Shown: in pieces, positions 34,730 through 42,972 of the stretch
How the letters are laid out: every line of letters begins with the position of its first letter
How positions within the stretch are numbered: position 1 is the first letter of the stretch
Origin: Polyangiales bacterium
GTDB lineage: Bacteria; Myxococcota_A; Polyangia; Polyangiales; Ga0077539
NCBI GenBank assembly: GCA_044229975.1
Contig: JBGARZ010000011.1
Coordinates: 224,001-288,000, forward strand
Direction of reading: 5' to 3'
DNA: 64,000 bases
Translations under genes and position numbers: made by a program
The notes under the pieces: model-generated
Database searches by the model: none
Told to the model about the DNA's origin: nothing
What the model saw: the letters and a program-made list of their open reading frames with translations, nothing else

Positions 34730-34780
34730 ACCCAGCAAGCCATTGCTGATGACGGGCCGCTGAACGGCAGGCCGTTTGAC
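34730..34780 (+). repeat. Short degenerate attC-like site of a different family (51 bp)
   Basis: ACCCAGC aagcc attgctgatgacgggccgctgaac ggcaggcc GTTTGAC lying exactly between two cassette ORFs. Confidence 0.5.
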
Positions 34781-34784
34781 CGCG

Positions 34785-35132
34785 ATGCAACGTGACGAAA
34801 TGCTCGCCGATGTTCTCTCGGAGATCACCCAGCGCCTCGGCGGGTCGGTCACAGGTCGGATTCGCGCAGATGCGCTTGTCTTGGTCTGCGAAGCGAACGG
34901 CGCAACCATCAGTATCACTGTGGACGCTGCAAGTCGTCGCTCGTTCTGCGTCACCTATCCTGGCTTCCGTCCAGAGGCCGCGTCTTGGAAAGACCGACAA
35001 GAACTTGTCGCCCAGAATGTTCTGCTGCCCGGCGTGCTGTGGATCGTTCGCGCGGTCGAGAAGGATGGCGCTGTCCTGCCAGAGTTTCCCAGACCAGGCC
35101 TTTGCAAGTGTGCGAATCGGACGCCTTCGTAG
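34785..35132 (+). CDS. Cassette 4: hypothetical protein
   Basis: ATG 5 bp after GTTTGAC; about 115 aa. Confidence 0.55.
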   Translation: MQRDEMLADVLSEITQRLGGSVTGRIRADALVLVCEANGATISITVDAASRRSFCVTYPGFRPEAASWKDRQELVAQNVLLPGVLWIVRAVEKDGAVLPEFPRPGLCKCANRTPS

Positions 35133-35269
35133 TAGTCACCCCGCGTATGGGTGGCTGAGGGATGCGACGTGACAACGGCTAGAATCACATGCGAGACGAG
35201 GAGTGCCGGCAAAGTCAGGCTTTCGGGTGAGCCCTCAGTGACCACACCCACTTCTTCGATGATGGGCGT

Positions 35270-35360
35270 GCCCAAACAGCCGATGCTGCCGACCGGCCAC
35301 GCCTCACCCGCTCGCAACCCGTCGCATCCGCTGCGGCGGCACATCGGCCAGTCGTTAGGC
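35270..35360 (+). repeat. attC site (91 bp, altered left core GCCCAAA)
   Basis: gcccaaacagccgatgctgccgaccg...gcggcggcacatcggccagtc GTTAGGC. Confidence 0.85.
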
Positions 35361-35452
35361 GGCTTCAGCGAGACGATCAGGCAGCAGGAGTTGTGCGCGA
35401 ACGACGAAAGAGCGAGTAGCGGCCAAGCCACTACGTGATGAGAGACTGAAAG

Positions 35453-35824
35453 ATGACGGCGCGAGGCAGTGGACCACTGGCCATAGGATGTGCAGCCCTC
35501 GCGATGATCTCAGCGTGCGGCGCTGGCGACTCGTTCTTTATCCTTGAGGCGCGTGTGACCTCTTGCCGCTCCGGTGCTCCCGTAAACGGGGCGAGGGCGG
35601 TCCTGAGGTTGGACAGAGGTTATGGCGAACCCGATCTAGCCGTTCAGGTCGACGTGAACGGACGACTCCATATGGCGATCAACGAGCCAGCATCGGCATG
35701 GGCCACGCTTACGGTCGAAGCTTCCAACCACAAACGGTGGACACACCAGTTTCGAGGTCGACCTCGTCCTGGAGTTGCCATCTGCCTTGAACCTCAGGAC
35801 AATCGTCCTGCGAGTACACCTTGA
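35453..35824 (+). CDS. Cassette 5: lipoprotein with small beta-sandwich domain
   Basis: Lipobox ISAC; 123 aa; flanked by attC sites. Confidence 0.75.
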   Translation: MTARGSGPLAIGCAALAMISACGAGDSFFILEARVTSCRSGAPVNGARAVLRLDRGYGEPDLAVQVDVNGRLHMAINEPASAWATLTVEASNHKRWTHQFRGRPRPGVAICLEPQDNRPASTP

Positions 35825-35870
35825 GTGAGCCGGGCGACTATCGCGTGCCGAATCAGATTCGCGGGACACG

Positions 35871-35961
35871 GCCCAACAAGCCGATGGTGCCGACCGCCCC
35901 CGCTTCACCCGCCGCCAACCCGTCGCGCCCGATGCGGCGGCGCAGCGGCCAGTCGTTGGGC
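35871..35961 (+). repeat. attC site (91 bp)
   Basis: GCCCAAC...GTTGGGC. Confidence 0.9.
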
Positions 35962-36029
35962 AGCCTCGGCGAGAGGCGTTTTGGCCGAGCGAACTCGCGA
36001 CCCCGCGTGAGGAGGAGTAGAACCAACCC

Positions 36030-36281
36030 ATGAACGACGTTGAACATGTCTTGGCTGCTGCGCTGCAACTGCCGGCCACCGAGCGCGCGGCGGTCGTCGC
36101 TGAATTACTCGACAGTCTCGACGATCTCGGGCCGGCCGACGAGGGGGTCGAACGGGCGTGGGCTGAGGAAGCCCAGAGACGGCTAGCGGAGGTGGACTCG
36201 GGGGCGGTGACGCCAATCCCGTGGGCCGAGGCCCGGCGCCGCATTCTCGCCGCGGCGAACGGTCGACGTGAAACCCCTTGA
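36030..36281 (+). CDS. Cassette 6: addiction module antitoxin (TIGR02574-like)
   Basis: ALQLPATERA...LLDSLD...AWAEEAQRRLAEVDSG.V..IPW; RBS gaggagg. Confidence 0.88.
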   Translation: MNDVEHVLAAALQLPATERAAVVAELLDSLDDLGPADEGVERAWAEEAQRRLAEVDSGAVTPIPWAEARRRILAAANGRRETP

Positions 36282-36555
36282 GCTACACCCGCGCGCCCTC
36301 GTTGAAAGCGAGGACGCCGCGGCATGGTATGCGGAACGCGATCCGCGAGTGGCGGCGCGTTTTGTTGAAGAACTCGACGTGACTCTTGGGCTCATCGTCG
36401 AGGCGCCAAATCGCTGACCAATCTATCTCGATGTCCGCCGGGCTCTCCTCTCCAAGTTTCCGTATGCCGTTCTCTACCGTGATGAGCCGACACGCATCCT
36501 CGTGGTAGCCATTGCTCACGCCAAGCGACAACCGGGGTACTGGCAGGGTAGGTGA
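36268..36555 (+). pseudogene. Cassette 6: RelE/ParE-family toxin with internal nonsense codon (TGA 36415-36417)
   Basis: MKPLELHPRA...WYAERDP...APNR*PIYLDVRRALLSKFPYAVLYR...VVAIAHAKRQPGYW. Confidence 0.88.
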
Positions 36556-36561
36556 CGGCGT

Positions 36562-36652
36562 GCCCAACAAGCCGATGGTGCCGACCGCCCCCACCTCACC
36601 CGCCGTCAACCCATCGCGCCCGCTGCGGCGGCCCATCGGCCAGTCGTTCGGC
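36562..36652 (+). repeat. attC site (91 bp, right core GTTCGGC)
   Basis: GCCCAAC...GTTCGGC. Confidence 0.88.
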
Positions 36653-36725
36653 GGGGCGCGGGCGGCGTGCTAGGACGCACACCATGCTGCTGACCCCTCA
36701 CCTCTCAATCATGAGGAGACGTACA

Positions 36726-37259
36726 ATGCCAAATACAGGCGCAGACCTTTCTGCTGTAGAGGGGGTCGTATCCTCCAGGGTCCTCGACGCCATGCGCACC
36801 GCTTCGGACGAGTTGTCCCGCCTCGGCGTGCGGCATGCGCTAGTGGGCGGCCTCGCCGTTGGCGCGCATGGCTACCCGCGCGCCACGAAGGACGTCGACT
36901 TTCTCGTGGGTGATGAGGCCTTCGAGCATCACGGAGGTGGGATCGTCACGATGAAGCCAGGCATTCCGATCCAGATCAACGGGGTTTTGGTCGATCTGCT
37001 CTCGGCACAGCCAGATGAAGGTGCGCTTGGTGCTGTGCCTGTCGTCCGGAATGGCGTCGACGTCCCTATCGCACCAATCGAGGCGCTGGTTTATCTCAAG
37101 TTGAAGTCGCCGCGCCTCAAAGACGCCGCTGACATCATTGAGTTGCTCAAGGTCGGCATTGACCATACGCGTTGCCGCGCGTGGCTCACAACGAACGCGC
37201 CAATGCTGGTACCTCAGTTCGAAGAATTGATCGAGCGCGCCCAGCGAGAAAGCGAATAG
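36726..37259 (+). CDS. Cassette 7: nucleotidyltransferase-fold protein
   Basis: LVGGLAV..HGYPRATKDVD...LKL...R.KDAAD; RBS gaggag. Confidence 0.82.
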   Translation: MPNTGADLSAVEGVVSSRVLDAMRTASDELSRLGVRHALVGGLAVGAHGYPRATKDVDFLVGDEAFEHHGGGIVTMKPGIPIQINGVLVDLLSAQPDEGALGAVPVVRNGVDVPIAPIEALVYLKLKSPRLKDAADIIELLKVGIDHTRCRAWLTTNAPMLVPQFEELIERAQRESE

Positions 37260-37342
37260 GCAATGGGGGACAACGGACACTCCGCGCGGGATCATGGGCA
37301 GGTCGCGACAAGCCAAGTTCATTGATAGTACACCGCATGGGA

Positions 37343-37430
37343 GCAGAACAAGCCGATGGTGCCGCCCGCTCCCACCACACCCGCCAACCCGCTTCACCCA
37401 ATGCGGCGGAACATCGGCCAGCCGTTGGAT
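37343..37430 (+). repeat. attC site (88 bp)
   Basis: GCAGAAC aagccgatggtgccg...gcggcggaacatcggccagcc GTTGGAT. Confidence 0.85.
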
Positions 37431-37461
37431 TGCCCCGGCGCATGCCCGGAGGACTGGTCTT

Positions 37462-37950
37462 GTGGCTCCTGAACACGCGGAGTTCATCGTCACGCCGCGG
37501 TCGTTCGACCGTTCAGGCCCCAACGCGGTCACCGGTCCGATCTGGCTCCGACGCAGCGCCCGCGACGGGGCGCATGCGGACTTCCCCTATACCGGCTGGA
37601 CGGACTTTCCAATCCGCATTCTCGCGGCTTGGTTGACTGGCCTGGCCGTCCTCGCGAGCGGTGAGGTCAGCGAGTCCATGTGCCACTTCGCGGATGGCCC
37701 GTTCATGCTCGCTGTGGCCGACGCGGGGAATACGCTGCTGCGCGTACGCTGCGTCGAACACCATGCCGACAGCGACCCGCTCGTGGTCGGTGACTTCTTT
37801 ACGCCCGCCAGAGTGCTTTACGGGAGCCTTCGTGCCGCGGCGGTGGCCGCGCTGGCTGAGTGCGACCGGCGTGGCTGGTCGAACGATGACGTTGACGAGC
37901 TCAGAGACGTGCTGGTCTCTTGTAACGATGCCCGCAGTCGAGTCCCGTAG
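37462..37950 (+). CDS. Cassette 8: hypothetical protein, possibly immunity-protein-like; no downstream attC seen
   Basis: RBS ggagga + GTG; VTGPIWL...FP..GWTDFP..IL.AW...F.DGPF. Confidence 0.7.
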   Translation: MAPEHAEFIVTPRSFDRSGPNAVTGPIWLRRSARDGAHADFPYTGWTDFPIRILAAWLTGLAVLASGEVSESMCHFADGPFMLAVADAGNTLLRVRCVEHHADSDPLVVGDFFTPARVLYGSLRAAAVAALAECDRRGWSNDDVDELRDVLVSCNDARSRVP

Positions 37951-38113
37951 CCCTACGAGACCCGATGAGTTGTTCGGACGGGGACTGCGAGCCTGACCGT
38001 TGCGCACCGCGCCGACGCTGCGGTGGGGGCCCGGCAACCGCGGGCCGGACCGTCGCGCGCCCGATGTCCATCACCGATAGCCCGACTGGTGTTCTAGAAC
38101 ACCCGCGGCGACG

Positions 38114-38473
38114 TCAGGCCGGCGGATCAGCCTTCTTGCGCGGCCAGAAGACCATCGCGAGCACCGCGCCCCACACGACAAGCGCCGACCCGTACACGAT
38201 GCCGAAGCTCTTCGGGTAGACGTTGCCCCCGAGGTCGTGGCCGCCCGCGTCGACGCAGAACGCCTCGTCGGCCTCATGCGTACGGCCGCCCGAGTACGTC
38301 CGGTAGGAGTGGAAGCGCATATGATGGCTGCCCTCCGGGCACACCAGCGTCTTCGTAAACCCGATGCCGCCCGGCGCCACGTGCGTGACGCAGCTCGTGA
38401 ACATCGCTGGGATGATCAACAGCGCCACCAGTCCCGCCGCGATGAGGTTGCCCTTCGAGATCTGTATGCCCAC
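38114..38473 (-). CDS. Small 2-TM hypothetical protein
   Basis: GTG start with upstream aaggga; TM - LVCPEG loop - TM. Confidence 0.6.
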   Translation of the reverse strand: MGIQISKGNLIAAGLVALLIIPAMFTSCVTHVAPGGIGFTKTLVCPEGSHHMRFHSYRTYSGGRTHEADEAFCVDAGGHDLGGNVYPKSFGIVYGSALVVWGAVLAMVFWPRKKADPPA

Positions 38474-38676
38474 GGGGTCCCTTCGTATCACGAGGCCCCG
38501 CGAGTGGTCAGGGGTTCGATCGGCCCGTCGACCGTCGTCCACGTCGACGGCTGCGATGCACGCCATGCAGCCGCCCATGCCGTACCCGCCGAGCGATGAA
38601 CCGATGCCCGAGTGGAGGTTCTCCGACGGAGCAACCCGGTCGACGTATCCCCGCGATGACCGTATCTGTCTCCGCG

Positions 38677-38970
38677 ATGATCGTGATGGATCAACCCCGC
38701 GACTGGGGCGGCGCGTTCAACCGTCGGTGGGGGCCGTCCAACCACCTGCTGTCCGACCTCGTCGGCGAGGAGGGCTCGCGCGAGCTCGCGGCCTTCGTCG
38801 CGGCGATGGGCGTCTCGTGGGCGCCCGTCCAGCACCCCGGCACCTACCGCGAGCACCACGACCTCGCGGGCGAGTGGATCGACCGCGCCCGCTCCCTCGG
38901 CGCGACGACGCTCGACCGCGCGGCCTTCGTCGGCGTCCTGCGCCGCAAGCGCGAGGCGATGGGCGTGTAG
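38677..38970 (+). CDS. DUF4031-like protein
   Basis: MIVMDQP...HLLSD...EL.AF...HHDL...A.SLGA. Confidence 0.7.
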   Translation: MIVMDQPRDWGGAFNRRWGPSNHLLSDLVGEEGSRELAAFVAAMGVSWAPVQHPGTYREHHDLAGEWIDRARSLGATTLDRAAFVGVLRRKREAMGV

Positions 38971-39259
38971 CGCGACGGCGCGTCAGTCCGGCAGCGGCGC
39001 GGGCGTCTCCAGCGCGGGACGAGCCGCTTCGATCCAGTCGGGTTCGAGCCCCGGCGTCGGTCGACACCGGCGTGGTGCCAGCGTCGTCCGCCGCCGGGGA
39101 TGTCCTCGTTGCCGGAGCGTCGCCACCGCGAGGTAGCGGCCGTCGGGTGAGTACTCCAACGTCCGCGACTCCAGCTTCCACGCGCGGCGGGCGCGGGCGC
39201 GGCACGCGGCGCGGGCCTTGGCTGTCCCCCGTTCGGTGGCGCGCGGGTAGAGTCCGCGC

Positions 39260-40096
39260 ATGGCAACCACGAGAGAGATCACGACACAGACGCTGGCGCT
39301 GAACTCGGGCGCAGCGATTCCCACGGTCGGCCTCGGCGTCTGGCAGGCGGCCGCGGGCGAGAGCACACGCGAGGCGGTGCTGGCCGCGCTGCGCTTCGGC
39401 TATCGCCATATCGACACGGCGCGCATCTACAACAACGAGGCCGACGTCGGCGCCGCCATCGCCGAGAGCGGCATCCCCCGCGCCGAGATCTTCGTCACCA
39501 CGAAGCTCTGGAACGCCGACCACGGCTACGACAAGGCGCTGCGTGCGTTCGATGCCAGCGCCGCGCGCCTGAAGCTCGATTACGTCGACCTCTATCTCAT
39601 CCACTGGCCCGTGGCGGGCAAGCGCCTCGACTCGTGGCGCGCGCTGGAGACCCTGTTCGAAGCGAAGCGGGCGCGCTCCATCGGCGTGAGCAACTACCTG
39701 GTGCCGCACCTTGAAGAGCTGCTCGCGCACGCCAGGCACCCGCCCGCCGCCAACCAGATCGAGCTCTCGCCGTTCTTGCAGCGCCGCGAGACGCGGGCGC
39801 TGTGCGAGAAGAACAACATCGTGCTGGAGGCGTACAGCCCGCTCACGCGCGGTCAGCGGCTCGGCCACCCCGTGGTGACGGCCGTCGCCCGGGAGAGTGG
39901 CCGCTCGCCCGCCCAGGTGCTCTTGCGCTGGGGCGTGCAGCACGGCTTCGTGGTGCTGCCCAAGTCGGTGCACGCCGCGCGCATCGCCGAGAACGGAACG
40001 CTGTTCGACTTCGCCCTCGACCCGGCGCAGATGGCGCGGCTCGACGCGCTCGAAGAGAACCTCGCGACAGGATGGGACCCGGCCGATCAGGCGTGA
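39260..40096 (+). CDS. Aldo/keto reductase (2,5-DKG reductase-like)
   Basis: GYRHIDTA..Y.NE, FVTTKLW, DLYLIHWP, IGVSN, NQIELSP, LPKS. Confidence 0.95.
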   Translation: MATTREITTQTLALNSGAAIPTVGLGVWQAAAGESTREAVLAALRFGYRHIDTARIYNNEADVGAAIAESGIPRAEIFVTTKLWNADHGYDKALRAFDASAARLKLDYVDLYLIHWPVAGKRLDSWRALETLFEAKRARSIGVSNYLVPHLEELLAHARHPPAANQIELSPFLQRRETRALCEKNNIVLEAYSPLTRGQRLGHPVVTAVARESGRSPAQVLLRWGVQHGFVVLPKSVHAARIAENGTLFDFALDPAQMARLDALEENLATGWDPADQA

Positions 40097-40479
40097 GACG
40101 TCGCTGCGACGAGGGGTGACGGTCGCGATGGCGGCTCACCGTTCGCGAGCGGTGGCGAGGCGAAGGCCGTCCCGATGTCCAACACCTGACCAGACGCCCC
40201 TCATCATCTGAGGGATCCATGCCGCCACTCCGCAACGAATGACGAAATACGTCATCCTTTGCGGAGTGGCGGTGCCGAGGTTCGTCCGCGTCGCGTGTAG
40301 CGAATAACGCCATGATTTAAGACAAAACGCGCGTCTGTCGTGGGCTCCTGGCGGTCGAGGCATGTGGCGGCAGACAACACATCGAGCGGGCGGAGAAGCC
40401 AGCGGCAAATAAGTCCGTGGTACGCGCTTCGCTACCGCGGTCGGTCGGGATGAAGCGCATCACGAAGGGTGGCTGGGGC

Positions 40480-41358
40480 ATGGCTCCAGGCTCGTTGCTG
40501 TTGTTGGTCTGCCTCCGCTTCGCGTCTTGCGGGCAGATCGCGGGCGAGGAGTCGATCGCCGAGGCAGAGCCGATACCCTCTGCGAAAGGGGGCCGGGTCG
40601 CGCGGGTAGCCGTCGCACCCGAGGCGCCCGTTGAGCGCCCGCCGCCCGCACCGACCGAGGAGCCCGACGTGCGGTCGCAGCGCCCTGTCATCGTCGAGGC
40701 GCCCGCGCTCGACCCGGCGGTGGAGTTTCCCGACGAGCCGCTGTGGCGCGCGACCTGGCTGGCCATCGACGATCCCGTCCGCGCGGCGCTCCCCGAGACC
40801 GCGCTCATCGACCGCCTCGTCGACGCACGGCCGGGTCAGTCGGTCGCAGACATCGGCGCCGGGGGCGGGTTCTACACCTTCCGATACGCCAGCCGCGTCG
40901 GGCGTCGCGGGGCCGTCCACGCCATCGACGTCGACCCGCTCGCCGCCCGGAAGATCGCCTGGGAGGCCCATCGGCGATCGGCCCGCAACGTGACCGTCGC
41001 GCACGTGCCGCGGCGGCGCTTCGGACTCGACCCGGGGCGCTTCGACGTCGTGCTCATGGTCAGCACCGGGGTGTTCGCCACCTGCGACCGCGCCGCGCGG
41101 GCCAGCTCGATGCGACAGGTCGCCACCGCGCTCCGGGTGGGTGGGCGTTTCGTGTTCCTCGACGCCACGGACTCCATCCATGTGCCGCCCCCGCTCCCGC
41201 GCTGCCCGATCCCCTCGGCCGACGAGGTGATCCGTCTGGCCGCGCCCTACTTCGAACTCGACGACCGGGTCGACACCCGCCACGCGACGGGCCCCTCGAA
41301 CACCGCCCTGCGCTTCCGGCGCGTGGCCTTCCGGCCCGCCATGGTTCCTGAGACGTGA
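40480..41358 (+). CDS. Class I SAM-dependent methyltransferase with N-terminal signal/anchor
   Basis: PGQSVADIGAGGGFYT...VHAIDVD; start uncertain (40417-40480). Confidence 0.75.
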   Translation: MAPGSLLLLVCLRFASCGQIAGEESIAEAEPIPSAKGGRVARVAVAPEAPVERPPPAPTEEPDVRSQRPVIVEAPALDPAVEFPDEPLWRATWLAIDDPVRAALPETALIDRLVDARPGQSVADIGAGGGFYTFRYASRVGRRGAVHAIDVDPLAARKIAWEAHRRSARNVTVAHVPRRRFGLDPGRFDVVLMVSTGVFATCDRAARASSMRQVATALRVGGRFVFLDATDSIHVPPPLPRCPIPSADEVIRLAAPYFELDDRVDTRHATGPSNTALRFRRVAFRPAMVPET

Positions 41359-41453
41359 CGCAGAGCCGGCGGTCCGGACGGGGCACCGTGGACGTCGCCG
41401 ACCGCGCGAGAGCGCGGTAGCTCATGGTGCCTTCCGCCGAGGCTCCCGGTGAT

Positions 41454-42725
41454 TCAGCCGAAGGCCCGCGTGACCTCGGCCCAGCGGTCGCCCAGGCAGA
41501 CGAAGAGGCGGGTGCGGTCTTCGAAGAGCACGGTGGCGGTGATGGTGCGGGCGCCGGCGCGGAGCGTCTCGGACGCGTGCGTGACGACGCCGACGCCCCA
41601 GGCAGGGTGCTCGACGCAGGGGCCGCCGCGGGTGTGCGGCGAGAGGTCGTCGAGGGCGATGGGCGCGCCGGCGGCCTTCACCTTGCGGGCCCAGAGCGAG
41701 CGTCGCGCGGCGGCCTGCTTCGCGGCGCGCTTGTCGAAGCTCACGCGCTTCTCCTGTCGTAGCGCGGCGAGGTCGAACTCCCACGCGTGGCGGTTGTGCG
41801 TGACGAGCACGGCGTCGCGCGCGGCGACCCACACAGGCTTCGGCATGAAGAGCGGCATGGTCGGCGCGAGGCGCATCGGGCGCAGGTCGACCTCGGCGAT
41901 CTCGCGCTCGCGGGTGAACACCACCGACAGGGTCTCTTCGCCGGTGAGAAACCACAGCCCGTCCGGACCGGGCACAGCCCCCGTGGTGCGACCGACGCCG
42001 GGCGCCATGAGCTCATACGCACCGTCGCGATCGACGGCGAGGAGGCGGTCGCTCACGACGGACACGGCGCGCCCGCGATCGTCGAAGCCGGGCTGACGGC
42101 CTTCGCGCAGGGTCGTCCAGGCGGCGAGGAGGTGATCGGAAGGGAGCGCGGTGACAACGTCGCCCGACACGCGGTGCAGGCGCTCGAACCAGAGGAGCAG
42201 CGCGTCGCCGTCGGGCAGGGCGAAGGCGTCGACGCGGTCGTCGCGGTCGGGCATCACATAGCGCTGGCCGCCGTGCGTGACGGGTTCGGGCAGGGCCGGG
42301 GGGTCGAGGTCGAGCGGCGTGAGGACACCGTCGCGCCACCACGAGGGGCGGTGACCGTGGGCGCGGTAGGTTCCGCCGGGGACGACGAGGACGCGGTCGC
42401 CGATGGCGAAGACGGCGTGCGGCTCGTGCCACGGCGCGCCGAGGTCGAGCGGGCGCACCGCGCACGAGGCGAGGTCGAGCTCATAGAGCCGATAGGGGTT
42501 GGGGTGCCCGTAGCGCGCGGAGGCCAGCACGCGGCCCGACGTGGTGCGCGCCATGCTCGACGCGAAGAAGCCGGGAGCGCTGCGCGAGGAGGGCGGCCAC
42601 GCGCGGAGGTCGAGCACGTGGGTCGCGTCGGGTGAGGTCGACGTGAGCACGAGGTGATCGCCCCAGGCGAGCGACGTCTCGGCGCTCGCGGGGAGCGTCG
42701 CGGTGCGGGTCGGCGCGAGAGCCAT
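41454..42725 (-). CDS. Hypothetical beta-rich protein with C-terminal SH3-like (HPAWGVGVV) domain
   Basis: Long GC3-biased ORF; VEHPAWGVGVV...TVLFED. Confidence 0.65.
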   Translation of the reverse strand: MALAPTRTATLPASAETSLAWGDHLVLTSTSPDATHVLDLRAWPPSSRSAPGFFASSMARTTSGRVLASARYGHPNPYRLYELDLASCAVRPLDLGAPWHEPHAVFAIGDRVLVVPGGTYRAHGHRPSWWRDGVLTPLDLDPPALPEPVTHGGQRYVMPDRDDRVDAFALPDGDALLLWFERLHRVSGDVVTALPSDHLLAAWTTLREGRQPGFDDRGRAVSVVSDRLLAVDRDGAYELMAPGVGRTTGAVPGPDGLWFLTGEETLSVVFTREREIAEVDLRPMRLAPTMPLFMPKPVWVAARDAVLVTHNRHAWEFDLAALRQEKRVSFDKRAAKQAAARRSLWARKVKAAGAPIALDDLSPHTRGGPCVEHPAWGVGVVTHASETLRAGARTITATVLFEDRTRLFVCLGDRWAEVTRAFG

Positions 42726-42972
42726 GCGCGACGCTATCGCAACGCCACACCGCGGTGAACACTGCCCATCGGGGGCGAAGGCTCCCTGGAGGAGACTCGG
42801 CCCAAAGACTGAACTGCCGCGGATCAGCGGTACCGCCCCGAGCGCTCGGCGTGGCCGGCGTGGACGTGGCGGGTTCTCAACCTCGGACACTGCGAATCAA
42901 ACCCCGACGCTGCGACGACCTCACCGACGGCCCTCCATCGGCTCCATCGTCCGACGATGGTAGACAGACGGA

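Larger units (their letters stand above)
33027..37950 (+). mobile_element. Integron gene-cassette array lacking an adjacent integrase (CALIN-like), about 8 cassettes
   Basis: Repeated RYYYAAC...GTTRRRY imperfect palindromes separating short co-oriented, lower-GC ORFs. Confidence 0.9.

Noticed and set aside
32094..36417. TGA-to-Trp recoding suggested by two in-frame TGAs in toxin-like genes
   Set aside because: TGA terminates many clear genes in the window (gcvP, phaR, kinases), so nonsense mutation or sequence error is simpler
33653..37430. CRISPR array or repeated PNKPMVPTAP peptide genes
   Set aside because: Repeats are about 90 bp, separated by gene-sized spacers, and no cas genes are present; the peptide is just translation through attC DNA
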